Assembly: GCF_902713615.1 (NCBI RefSeq)
Contig: NC_052157.1
Location: 130,491,425-130,555,424 of the forward strand
Length of the DNA stretch: 64,000 nucleotides
Direction: 5' to 3'
Source of the DNA: Scyliorhinus canicula
Lineage: Eukaryota
Position 1 is the first letter of the stretch. Each line of letters opens with the position of its first letter. This document shows, in pieces, positions 22,446 to 34,177 of this stretch. The notes under the pieces are model-generated. The model searched no databases. It saw nothing but the letters and a program-made list of their open reading frames with translations, and was not told the DNA's origin. Made by a program: the position numbers and the translations under genes.

Positions 22446-25400
22446 AAAATTAAATAGAAGAAATGTCTGCTAATCTATTACAGGATGTTGGATAAGCAAT
22501 CTAATAATTTAGCACCAGAGGAGTCGAGGGAACTGATGATGAGGTAAAGGTTGATTTAGTCAACATAAATTTGAAACTAAAGCTGTTTTAATTAAGATGT
22601 CACCAAAGGACAGTATGTAGGTGAGAAATAGAAGCAAGACAACGATAGATTGTTGGGGGATACCAGACAAGGAAATCTCCATAATGTGCTGGCAGACTAT
22701 TCAGTTGGCTCAGCATAGGAATATTTCAATTTACTTTAAAGAAACTCATAAAAAGTGCCAAGATAGAGTGGAATAACAGGTAAGTAGATTCTTGGAAAAG
22801 GTTCTTGAGAATCATGTCCAGTGCAAAATAGTTTAATGATCCACCATGACCCCATTTTGCACTCCTATCCCAGCAATCCTGCCCCACAAAGCCTGCTCAC
22901 AGTAAACTTTCAATAGTAATAAAACAAATCGAACTCCAGTCAGGGTTCTACCCTCTGTCTGTAGGATAATTATGGACGACAAAGACCATCTAACCCAGTT
23001 CATCTTATCTATCCCAGAATGACATACGAACATATGTATCGGGAGCAAGAGCTTGCTCTGCTATTTGATAAGATTTTCGACATTATTCCAGTGTGACTAC
23101 AAATCCAAAGTACATAACTGGATGTAAATGCATCTGTGACATAGTGAAGGGTGCTGTATAAATGTAGGGTTTGTCTTTCTTTCATTACACTGCATACAGT
23201 CATTACAATCCCTGACCACACTCCAACATTTGCTCGGATACCAGTCAGGAACCCCAATCACTTTTTTTTAATTTGTAAAACTGTGAGGAAAGGAGTGATT
23301 CCACGCACAAAAGGGATATGATGTATTTCAACAAACTTCATCATTAAAACAATATAAAGCAATCTTAGCACCACAGAAATATAGCTTACAATTACCAGTT
23401 AGATTATGCTTAACAATATAAGTACACACTTTAACTTCTAACTGATACCTTCTCTATCTCCAATCAAGCAAAACCCATCACTGGTCAAAAATCACTTTTC
23501 AATAAAGTTAGCAAACACAGGATTACTTGCCATTCTCTGGGTGGAAAGTTATGTGAAAGACTGCTTGAGGAGAGAGATCCTTTCAGTAAACAGACTGCAG
23601 ATTCCTGTCTGACAGATTAATGTTGAATCTGACAGCCTCCTGCAAACGCTGTTGCTCATCACAGCTTCCAAAAACTAAACTAAAACTACTGTCTGGTACA
23701 GACCTGGCTCCTCCCATTACTTGCATCATCTTTAACCTACTCAAATCCCATAGCCTACTTACTTAAGTTTAAACACAATGCCTCTAATTATCTACACCCC
23801 AGAAATCATAACAAAAACTTAATAGGGCTCTCCTTGTAAACATAAGCATGGCTTGAAAGAATAATGATCTCACTTTTACGGAGGGTGCAATTCACCCAAA
23901 AACTGACAAAGTGTTATTTGGGCGAGTTTGGCGTGGTGTTTTGTGCCGGCTGTAATGGCGAGATTCTGATCTGTATTCATCCGCACAGTGCAAAAATCGA
24001 GCCCCCACCTGAATCTCACCATGCCTGGCTCCCATGCCTTCTGATTTGCCCCACTTGCGCTTCAGCTGCTTGCTACTTACAAGGGGTAACTGCTTTAAAA
24101 TGCTCCCTCAGCACTCACTCCCAGTCAAGATACGTGAATGGTAGCGCCGAGACCTGCACCTTGCTTTGGGTATGCTGACCTGGCCAGGCTTCTCTGTGGC
24201 ATGGATTCGAGGCAGGATTCCCTCTTGCCCCGAGGGGTTTGCAGAACCAGCAGCACAGCAAGAAATGCCACCTGGGAGGCAATGTAGTGGCAGCTGCAGT
24301 AAGTGCAGGCAGCATGACCAGGAGGGCTGCCGTCCGTGTAGAAAGAATATGAATAACCTCCTACGGGTTGTAAGGGTAAGTTACCACATCCCTGCTGGCA
24401 ATAGTCCCACCTGCCGATAAGAAGAGGGAAAGGGTGCAGACGGGGGGGGGGGGGGGGGGGGGGGCAGAATCCCAGAGGTCTGAGTTGTCACCCCCTATGA
24501 GGACCGGATGCTGAAGATCGCATGGTTACCCAAGGAGAGAGCAGTGGCCGACAACTTGCAACAGGGATGTGAGGATCCACTGCTCCTCCATCCAGAAGAC
24601 CTGCCTAAGGTGAGTTTTTGATGTCCCACAAAATTATCCTTCCCTTTCACTGACCACATGTCCATTGTCTTGCAGGGTCACTATCTGATGAAGCCAGGCC
24701 ATCCAGAATCACTGCCTCCCCGCTACCCCAGAAGATACCTCGCTGGAGAGCTCCAAGGATAACACCGGCAATGCGTCACAGCTATCATCCACACCTTCCA
24801 CCAGCACAGAGACACACACCTCAGTGGCTGACGTTAGTAGATAGGCTTTGGGGGCACAATCTGGTGAGCACCACACAGTTGCTGATACACATCAGGTGGA
24901 GGCAGGAACACTGAAGGGAGACAGCAGTCGGAGGTCTGCTGGATCTCGGGACTTAGCTGGGTCCCAACCAGATGCCGAGCTTCTGGACAATGTTCTCCCA
25001 GAGCTGATGAAGATGATAGAACACAGCCGTGCCATTAGGAGGGGTGTCAGTGACATTCCAGCGACTGAAGGAGTCCCAAAGCCTTCAGGTACAGGAGATG
25101 GCGCTGGCATTGTGTGACACCCAGGCCAATACTGTTAGGGTGGGGACCGCAGTGGAAAATCTGGAGAATAAAGTCTGCGCCTCGAGTGGTGGTGTCGAGG
25201 CGTTGCTCAGTCTGTGTCGACCATGGCTGAGGGCCTCAACATCATGTCTCATTCTTTGAACAGCATAACCCAGATACCCGTGCCCCCACCCCACCCACTC
25301 CCAATGGCACAGTGATCTAAGATCAAAAGCCCCCGATGCAGACTATGTCATGAGGATGGGAGTGAGCGGGCTGTCAGCAGAAAGACAGGAGTCACACCTA

Positions 25401-26183
25401 ATCCGAACCTGAGGAGCACCAGAGCACTTCTCACAGCAAGTGGTCATCACTCTCCCTCTTTGTACAGGGACTCACTGACGGTGCCAACACAGGCCCGTCA
25501 CCCTGGAATGATGTTAGATAGATCCTTGGAGGGGGGAAACACTGTAGTCAGGGAAGGGAAATAGGATGTGGGGGAGGGGTGTGTTGAGCTCACGGGCACA
25601 GGTTTGTCTGAGGAGACTCTCGAGATGCTGAGGGCCTCCTGGTCCTCCCTTGCATGTCGGACCCTTGCCGCCGCCAGTCGTCCAGCATCCGCGGGTTCAT
25701 CTTCCAGCCCCTTCTGGTCCTCAGATGGGGCCAAATGTTCCTCCTCGTCCAGCAGATCATCCCACTGCTGATCCAGATTGTGGAGGGCACAGCAGACCAC
25801 TCCAAAGCGAGAGACCCTCTGGGTGTGTACAGTAAAGTCCCGCCAGAGTAGGCCAGGCAGCGGAACTGCATTTTGAGCAGCCTGATGCACTGCTCAATGA
25901 CAGCACCGGTGGCAGTGTGGGCTTCATTATAGGGCTTCATTTTAACAGGTCTTCTCCTCGGTCTCAGCCATGACCGTAGTGGGTATCCCTTGTCCCCCAC
26001 GAGCCAACACCGATTCTGGGGTGGTCCTTGAAAACACTGGGGATCTCAGAATGCTCCAGGATGTAGCTGCCATGTACGCTCCCAGGATAGCATGCACACA
26101 CTAGCATGATCCAGAGGCAGTAGTCACACAGGATCTGAACATTCATGGAGTGGAACCACTTCTTGTTAATATAGGGCACTCCC

Positions 26184-26415
26184 GGGCAGCACGGTGGCAC
26201 AGTGGTTAGCATTGCTGCCTACGACGCTGAGGACCCGGGTTCGAATCCCGGCCCTGGGTCAATGTCCGTATGGAGTTTGCACATTCTCCCCGTGTCTGCG
26301 TAGGTTTCACCCCCACAACCCAAAGATGTGCAGGGTAGGTAGATTGGCCACTCTAAATTGCCCCTTAATTGGAAAAAATAATTGGGTACTCTAAATTTAC
26401 AAAATAAAAAATAAA
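26184..26415 (+). mobile_element. Short-form V-SINE inserted in the Harbinger transposase
   Basis: 16-bp TSD aatatagggcactccc at 26168-26183 and 26416-26431. Confidence 0.93.
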
Positions 26416-26533
26416 AATATAGGGCACTCCCTCATGCCCCGGTGCTCGCAGGGTGACATGCATGCCATCGATGGCACCCTGGACATAGGGTACCCGGCAT
26501 TGGTAGCAAATCCTACAGCCCGGGCATCTTGGT

Positions 26534-27582
26534 CATTGTGTCAGGTGCCTTTTTTGGGAGGAGTACTAAATGACACCCGTGTGACTTCTCGCCGGGGAGT
26601 CGGGTGACTCCAGGAGGCCGCTGCATTCAATCTCTCTAATGAGATTGAAAAGAATGCACATTCGGCTTAATGACCTTCTCGTCATTTTTGGGGAGATCCG
26701 GATTGGGAGCGGGCCGGGTGATATAGTCGGATGCCTGGACATACAGAACATCAGTCACCTCCCGAATGCAACTATGGAATACCAAACAAGTCCTCGCTTG
26801 AGCCCTGGAATGACCAGGTGGTGTAGAAATTTAAGCCTGTGGTGACCGTCTTGGCCACCGGGTGCAGGTGCCATGTCCACAAGGGCGTGGCACAGGTGCC
26901 GCATTGTCTCTTTGTTGAGATGCAGTTTTCTCCAACATATTCTGTCCATCAGCTCGCTGGAGGACCAACGAGTCCTGTACACCTTGGCACATTGCTGGAC
27001 TCCCCTTCTGGCTCCCTCCTCAGCCTAATGGTGGCGGGTCTTGAGGGTGTGCGATGGAGCCCTGCTCATGTGGTGCAGCCTCCAGGCTGCATTGCTCTTG
27101 CTGTCTTCTTCAGCCTCTTCCCGCCTTGGGTGCGACAAGCACAACGAGGGCAGCCTCTGCGGGATCGACCCCTGCAATCACTTTTGTATCTGGAAGGAAT
27201 TGGAGGTGAGAGACCGACAAATAGGTCTTCATCCCGGTGACCCCCGATCTGGACCCCTCCAGTCCCCCAAACAATCCCAAACCACCCCTCCCCCCCCACC
27301 CCCTCAGACAGCCCTGGTCATCAGCTTTGGTGCCCTTGAGCTACATGCTGGTAAATGGAAACGGCTACTCAAGGCCTCGCTTGCCCTCAGTAGCCATTGT
27401 GTCAGGTGCCTTTTTTGGGAGGAGTACTAAATGACACCCGTGTGACTTCTCGCCGGGGAGTCGGGTGACTCCAGGAGGCCGCTGCATTCAATCTCTCTAA
27501 TGAGATTGAAAAGAATGCACATTCGGCTTAATGACCTTCTCGTCATTTTTGGGGAGATCCGGATTGGGAGCGGGCCGGGTGA
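26534..27582. repeat. Identical 188-bp direct repeat (26534-26721 and 27395-27582)
   Basis: No mismatches found by eye; both copies give the same ORF translation. Confidence 0.95.
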
Positions 27583-27800
27583 ATAGCAAAATGGTTTGCA
27601 CACAGTGAGAATTTCATTACTGACCTTTCCCACTATTCACCCGGTGCAACACAGTCGGCGTTAGGCACAACAAGGTGGGAAAATCGGGCCCGACATCTTA
27701 ATTGCACTTTATGCAGCCACAAAGTCTGTCTATCTTTTGAACCAGGATTTACAAATAATATTGCTGCAGCAGATACATGCACACCCTAACCCAGGCTTTT

Positions 27801-28007
27801 TTAAAGTTTAATTTTTATCAATTAAGGGGCAATTTAGCGTGGCCAATCCACCTACCCTGCACATTTTTGGGTTGTGGGGGTGAGACCCAGGCAGACAAAG
27901 GGAGAATGTACAAACTCCACAGGGACGGTGACCCAGGGCTGAGATCTAACCCGGGTCCTCGGTGCCGTGAGACTGCAATGTTAAACACTGTGCCACCGTG
28001 CTGCCCT
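27801..28007 (-). mobile_element. Short-form V-SINE
   Basis: TSD acccaggctttt at 27789-27800 and 28011-28022. Confidence 0.9.
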
Positions 28008-28226
28008 CATACCCAGGCTTTTAAAACCATTACTGCAACAAATAGATAGCATACAATATATATACCAAGTTATTACATTCATTACACAGTGGACAGAGTA
28101 ACTGCAGCAATGGTGAAATTGGAGGCTCAATGCTAGTTTTGTAAGAATAATTAAGGCTAGAGCAATTAATTGATGTTAAGAAAGTGGCTACAAAGAGATA
28201 ACTACATTTACAAAACATTTACAAAA

Positions 28227-28572
28227 GGGCAGCACGGTAGCACGGTGGTTAGCATAAATGCTTCACAGCTCCAGGGTCCCAGGTTCGATTCCCGGCTGGG
28301 TCACTGTCTGTGTGGAGTCTGCACGTCCTCCCCGTGTGTGCGTGGGTTTCCTCCGGGTGCTCCGGTTTCCTCCCACAGTCCAAAGATGTGCAGTTAGGTG
28401 GATTGGCCATGCTAAATTGCACGTAGTGTCCTAAAAAAAAAGTAAGGTTAAGGGGGGGGTTGTTGGGTTACGGGTATAGGGTGGATACGTGGGTTTGAGT
28501 AGGGTGATCATTGCTCGGCACAACATCGAGGGCCGAAGGGCCTGTTCTGTGCTGTACTGTTCTATGTTCTAT
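28227..28572 (+). mobile_element. Young long-form V-SINE
   Basis: Near-identical to 1165-1502 and 48523-48864. Confidence 0.9.
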
Positions 28573-29206
28573 GTAATTCAACAATGTAGCTAACCTCCCC
28601 CAAAGTTCCTCAACCACCCCCAGCCTCTCCAACACACCCACCAACTCCCCCTCTAAAAACCCTCCAAACCCCATTCTAACCTCCTCCCAAGCATCCCCAT
28701 AACCTCTCCCCAATCCACCATCCTCCCCTCTGACCCATCCCCCCACATCCCTTGCATTCCTCCGCACACACACACAGCATACAAACGTTCTAATAATCTA
28801 GCATTTCTCAAGCACGAACACCCTCAGTTTCTCTGCTGCTGCAGAATTGGGGCAGATGTGTGATTTTCTGGCCGGCTTTTGAAAAAAACCACATTGGAAT
28901 CGTAATGCAGCACAGTAACTCAGTGAAATTGACATGACACTGACAGACTGGTTTTAAAGAGTCAGAAATCTCAGTCTTACAGATGTTTTCTTTTAAAAGT
29001 CTGATTTCAGGGCTGCAGTCCTTGCTGCTCAGTGTGGACGATAAGAAACTCAATTTAAAACTGAGCCCTGCCCCCACCCGCCCAGGCCCCAACCTCTGGA
29101 CCGAAGCCACAGAGCTTGGTACCATCTGCAGCCCCCTCTCCCGGGCCTTGCACCTCCTCCTCCCCCACAACCTGACCTGACTACTCCCCAACCCAATTGC
29201 CCTGCC

Positions 29207-32200
29207 TGTCGTAAACCACTGTAGTGTATAATATGTGTATTGTGGTAAATGGCCACTGTATTATATGAAATGTGGTCAACTACTGCCCGATGGCTCCGCC
29301 TCCCCTCGAGCCCGGTATAAAGGTGCTGGTCTCCGCCTCTGCCCCAGTTCGGGATCTGAGGCCAGGAGTCTTTCTGTTTAGTTTATTAAAGTCTCAGTTA
29401 CGTTCACCACTCGTCGTGTGTTCATTGATGGCATATCTTATTTAATAAACTAAACCTCTAAGATGAATTCATCACTCAAGCCTGATTGCATGGAGCTGAA
29501 CCCACAGGCAGCCGATGCCACTGCAACATTCGAGCACTGGCTAAGCTGCTTCGAAGCTTACCTCGGATCCTTCACCGGAGACTTCACTGACCTCCAAAAG
29601 AAGCAGATCCTCCACGCAAGGGTGAGCCCGCAAGTCTTTCTTCTCATCAGGGACTCCCCCTCATATACGGAGGCGATAATGCTGCTGAAGGGACAATATG
29701 TAAAGTCTGTAAACGAGGTGTATGCTAGGCACCTTCTTGCCACAGACGACAATGCCCTGGCTAGGAATCACTAGCAGAATTCCTGCGTGCCTTGCGGGTA
29801 CACTGCCGGAACTGTGACTGGGTTATCGGCTACCCAACACGTGGAGCTGTTGATTAGGGACGCTTATGTCGCAGGCATGAAGCCAAACTACATCCACCAG
29901 CGATTGCTAGAAGGGGGTACACTCGGCCTCCCAGAGACAGTGCAGCTCTCAAACTCACTGGAGATGGCCTTCCAGAACATGGAGGCCTACACCTCCGACC
30001 GTGCGGCACCCTCGTGGACCTAGTGGGCGCCGTCATCGTCCAACCCGGGTGCGGTGCAAGCCTGTGCCGCGCAGCAGCCCGCCAATGCTGGAAGCCCAAA
30101 GTGCCTCTTTTGCGGCCAGGGTAATCATCCCAGACAACGCTGCCCTGCACGGAACACAATGGGTGTTGCAATGGGTGTGGGAGGAAGGGCCACTTTGCGA
30201 AAGCCTGCCAGGCCCGATCTCTCCCTACAGCTTCTAGGCCCAGCAGCACTGCCTGCTGCCTGTCGGGGCCGCTCCCAGCTGGGGGCGCCACCCGCCATGT
30301 GCGACCCGTGGGTGCCGCCATCTTTAACGCCATCTTGTACTCCACCCGCCACGCGCGACCCATGGGGGCTGCCATCTTGGGACCACTTTGCAGCCTCCCG
30401 GTAGACCTGTTCACCCGATCGTACGCTGGCTGTCGCTACCTCCGACTGGCCTACCCATCACCTTCCAAGGCTCGCCTCCATCACGTTCGACCAGTCCCGG
30501 CCTCATCACCTCACAAAATCTACGAAGACCGTCTGGATCAAAGGGCATGAGATGGCCTGTCTTTACGACTCCAGGAGCACAGACAGCTTTATACACCCAG
30601 ATACGGTAAGGCGCTGCTCCCTCCCAATTTTACCCGCGACCCAGAAAATCTCCCTGGCTTCCGGATCCCATGCAGTAGAAATTGGGGGTACTTTGTCGCG
30701 ACCCTTAATGTACAAGGCGTAGAGTACGCTAACTTCAAACTCTACGTCCTTCCCCATCTCTGCACTGCCCTATTACTGGGGCTCGACTTCCAGTGCCACC
30801 TCCAAAGCCTTACTTTAAAGTTTGGTGGACCCCTGCCCCCCCACTCACCGTCCGTAGCCTCGTGACCCATAAGGTCGCCCCACCCTCCCTCTTCGCTAAC
30901 CTCACCCCGGACTGTAAGCCCATCGCTACTAGGAGCAGACGATACAGTGCCCGGGACAGGACCTTTATCAGGTGGGAGGTCCAGCGATTCCTGCGAAAGG
31001 GGATCATTGAGGCTAGTACCATCCCCTGGAGAGTCCAACTGGTGGTCGTCAAGACTGGGGAGAAGCACCGGATGGGCATCGACTACAGTCAGACCATCAA
31101 CCTGTACACGCAGCTCGATGCGTAGCCCCTCCCCCGCATATCTGACATGGTCAACCAGATTGTGCAGTATCGAGTCTTCTTCACAGTTGACTTGAAGTCC
31201 GCATACCACCAGCTCCCTATCTGCCCGGAGGACCACCAATTCACTGCCTTCGAGGCAGATGGGTGCCTCTACCACTTCCTCAGGGTTCCCTTCAGCGTCA
31301 CCAATCAGGTCTCAGTCTTCCAACGAGAAATGGACTGAATGGTTGCCCAGTACGGGCTGCGGGCCACGTTCCCGTACTTAGATAACATCACCATCTGCGG
31401 CCATGACCAGCAGGACCATGAGGAAAACCTCCAGCACTTCCTCCACACCACTAAACTCCTGAACCTACAGTAAGGAAAAATGCGTTTTCCGTACAACCCG
31501 CCAAGCCATCCTTGGCTATGTTGTGGAAAACGATCCTATGGCCCGACCCCAACCGCATGCACCCCCTCCTGGAACTCCCCCTCCCCCCTGCCCCAAGGAC
31601 CTGAAGAGATGCCTGGGGTTCTTCTCTTACTATACCCAGTGGGTCCCAATTATGTGGACAAGGCCCGTCCACTTATTAAATCCACCATTTTTCCCCTGAC
31701 GGCTGAGGCCCGTCTGGCCTTCAACCGCATCAAGGCAGATATTGCCAAAGCCGCAATGCACTCTGTGAACAAATCCATTCCGTTCCAGGTGGAGAATCAG
31801 GCGGGCAGGCCCGTGGCTTTCTTCTCCTGTACCCTCCATGCCTCCGGAATTCGACAGTCCTCCGTCGAAAAGGAAGCCCAAACCATTGTGGAAGCTGTGC
31901 GACATTGGAGGCATTACCTGGCTGGCAGGTGATTCACTCTCCTCACTGACCAACGGTCAGTTGCCTTCATGTTTAACAATACACAGCGGGGCAAGATCAA
32001 GAACAAGATTCTGAGGTGGAGGATCGAGCTCTCCACCTACAACTATGATATCGTGTATCAACTCGGGAAGCTCAATGAGCCCCCAGATGCCCTATCCCGC
32101 GGTACATGTGCCAGCGCACAAGTAGACTGACTTCGGGCCCTCCACAATGACCTCTGTCACCCAGGTTCACCCGTTTTTTTCACTTTATCACAACTTTCAA

Positions 32201-32506
32201 CCTGCCTTACTCCATCAAGGAGGTCAGGATCGTGACCAGGGACTGCCAGGTCTGCGCAGAGTGCAAATCGCACTTCTTTCAGCCAGACAGGGCGCACCTG
32301 GTAAAGGCCTCTCGCCCCTTTGAGCGCCTCAGCATCGACTTCAAAGGGCCCCTCCCCTCCACTGACCATAACGTGTACTTCCTCAACGTGTTTGACGAAT
32401 ACTCAAGATTCCCCTTTGCCATCCCATGCCCTGACATGACCTCTGCCACCATCACCAAGGCCCTGCACAGTCTTTTCACCTTGCTCGAGTTCCCCACCTG
32501 CATCGA
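29207..32506 (+). mobile_element. Gypsy LTR retrotransposon A, 3'-truncated: 5' LTR (~29207-29439), gag, PR, RT, RNase H, partial integrase, all disrupted
   Basis: LTR with TATAAA 29316-29321 and ATTAAA 29385-29390; gag ATG 29463 and Cys-knuckle CLFCGQGNHPRQRC; RT DYSQTIN..QLDA, VDLKSAYHQ, PYLDNITICG; RNase H SVEKEAQ.IVEAVRHWRHYL; integrase FERLSIDFKGPLP. Confidence 0.9.
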
Positions 32507-32937
32507 CGTAACTGGGTTCAACTGTGATGTCATGCTATATGATAGAAGATATAAGACAGTTACTGTTTAGCTGCATAGGTGAACAGTGGCCATTTGGGTA
32601 AGGTACTAGAGGGGAACAGGCTCCTTTGGAATCATAAGCAAGGGTCAATACCTTCAACAGGGATGAAAGAAAACTGAGAAAAACATTTTTAGTAGCAAAA
32701 ATACAGTGAATGGAATATCATTGACAAAGATCCATCCCATTGACTCGCTATTGTAGCTCTTGCCAAATTTAATTCTCTTATCATTTAGGAAATACATTCA
32801 GTGTCACAGGTGAGATATCTCAGGAGATACACAAAGTGCAGTATAAATCTTTATATTATGCAGTGTTTTGCTCAGAAATAAATCGGCTAGGCCACCTTTT
32901 GCATAAATTCTATCTGAACTGCATTGTCATGCAACCA

Positions 32938-32959
32938 TGACGTCAGTAACCAAGGCAAC
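32938..32959. promoter_or_regulatory. Abutting full CRE (TGACGTCA) and RFX X-box (GTAACCAAGGCAAC)
   Basis: Consensus matches at 32938-32945 and 32946-32959 in apparently non-repeat DNA; function not shown. Confidence 0.4.
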
Positions 32960-34177
32960 ACTACTTTAGATCCACAAGCACTGTCCTCAGCTGAAAACTA
33001 CAATTTATGCTTGTTTTATTCTTTCTACAAGGAGGAGCACAAAGCAACCAATACGTGTGAGCAAATAACATATACTCACCAACATCCAAAATAATGTTCA
33101 ACATTCAGGATTCTCGACAATGTGCACGCAGATTCCACAAATAAAGTACCATAAAACCATATAAATTGGACAACATTCTCAATAACTTTATTGCTTCCGT
33201 GGTGGCTCAGCTCTTTTACCCAGACAATTGTTAAGTCGTACAAATCTCAAAGGTCGGACCAGCAATTAGTACTGGGTTTGCTTATTTTAGGTAGGGCGAC
33301 AGTGGGGGAACTAAAATTGGTCCAGTGGGAAGGAAAGTTTGGCGAGTTCCTCCTCTATCCCTGAAGCTTGCTGGATGTACTAATACCAGATATCAGGTGG
33401 CAACAGGAATTATCTCTGATGCCTGTCATAAAGGAAATATTCTAGCCACATGAATGTTGTTATCAAGAATTACCTAACAAATGGTAATAATAATAATTAA
33501 CTTTATTATTGTCACAAGTAGGCTTACATTAACACCGCAGTGAAGTTACTGTGAAAATCCCCTAGTTGCCACACCGACACCTATTCAAATACACTGAGGA
33601 AGAATTCAGAATGTCCAATTCGCCTAATAAACACGACTTTCGGGACTTGTGGGAGGAAACCGGAGCACCCGGAGGAAACTCACACAGACATGGGGAGAAT
33701 GTACAGACTCCACCAGGGCAATTATGAATCAATGGAGAAAAGGGGAACATTTTGACGATGGTGGTCGTTACAAATTTAAAGTTATATTTTGGGATTGTCT
33801 CTTTATTTCAAGGAAAAATGAGGAATGAAGAGGTTGTGTGGCTTTGTTGCTATGGGGATATTAGTGTCCAAGTCGACTTACTGGATAGAATGTGCAAGAG
33901 GCAAGGGCATTTGTGATGATTGTAGGTAGACTATTGGTCTCCAAGTCTCATATAGCGGTATTAGGAATGTCAGATTCTATAAACGGTTACACCTTAAACT
34001 GTCTGTTCAATTCCTTGATAGGATGGAGTTGGGGGTCTAGTAGATAGCTAACCTGGATAGATACATGGACCATCTGTTTCACATTACCATAGAGATGGTC
34101 CCATTAACAAGATCATCCTTTGGGCTATCAGGAAGTCAAAGGCCAATACGTCAGCCTCTCTCCCCAACTGCACTCCT

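Larger units (their letters stand above)
23883..27691. mobile_element. Decayed autonomous-type Harbinger transposon: spliced Myb/SANT gene (+, ~24130-25260) convergent with DDE transposase (-, ~27200->25500)
   Basis: Transposase motifs QGAIDG.HV, NKKWFHSMNVQ, YPGSVHGSYIL, GDKGYPLRSWL, YNEAH.AT.AVIEQCI.LLKM.FRCL, broken by frameshifts; Myb-like CRKNMNNLLRVVR followed by GTAAGT; degenerate TIRs gggtgcaattcaccc / gggaaaatcgggccc (10/15 match). Confidence 0.85.

Noticed and set aside
25498-27200. Domesticated HARBI1 gene
   Set aside because: Frameshifts, a SINE insertion, a partner Myb gene and TIR remnants indicate a dead transposon
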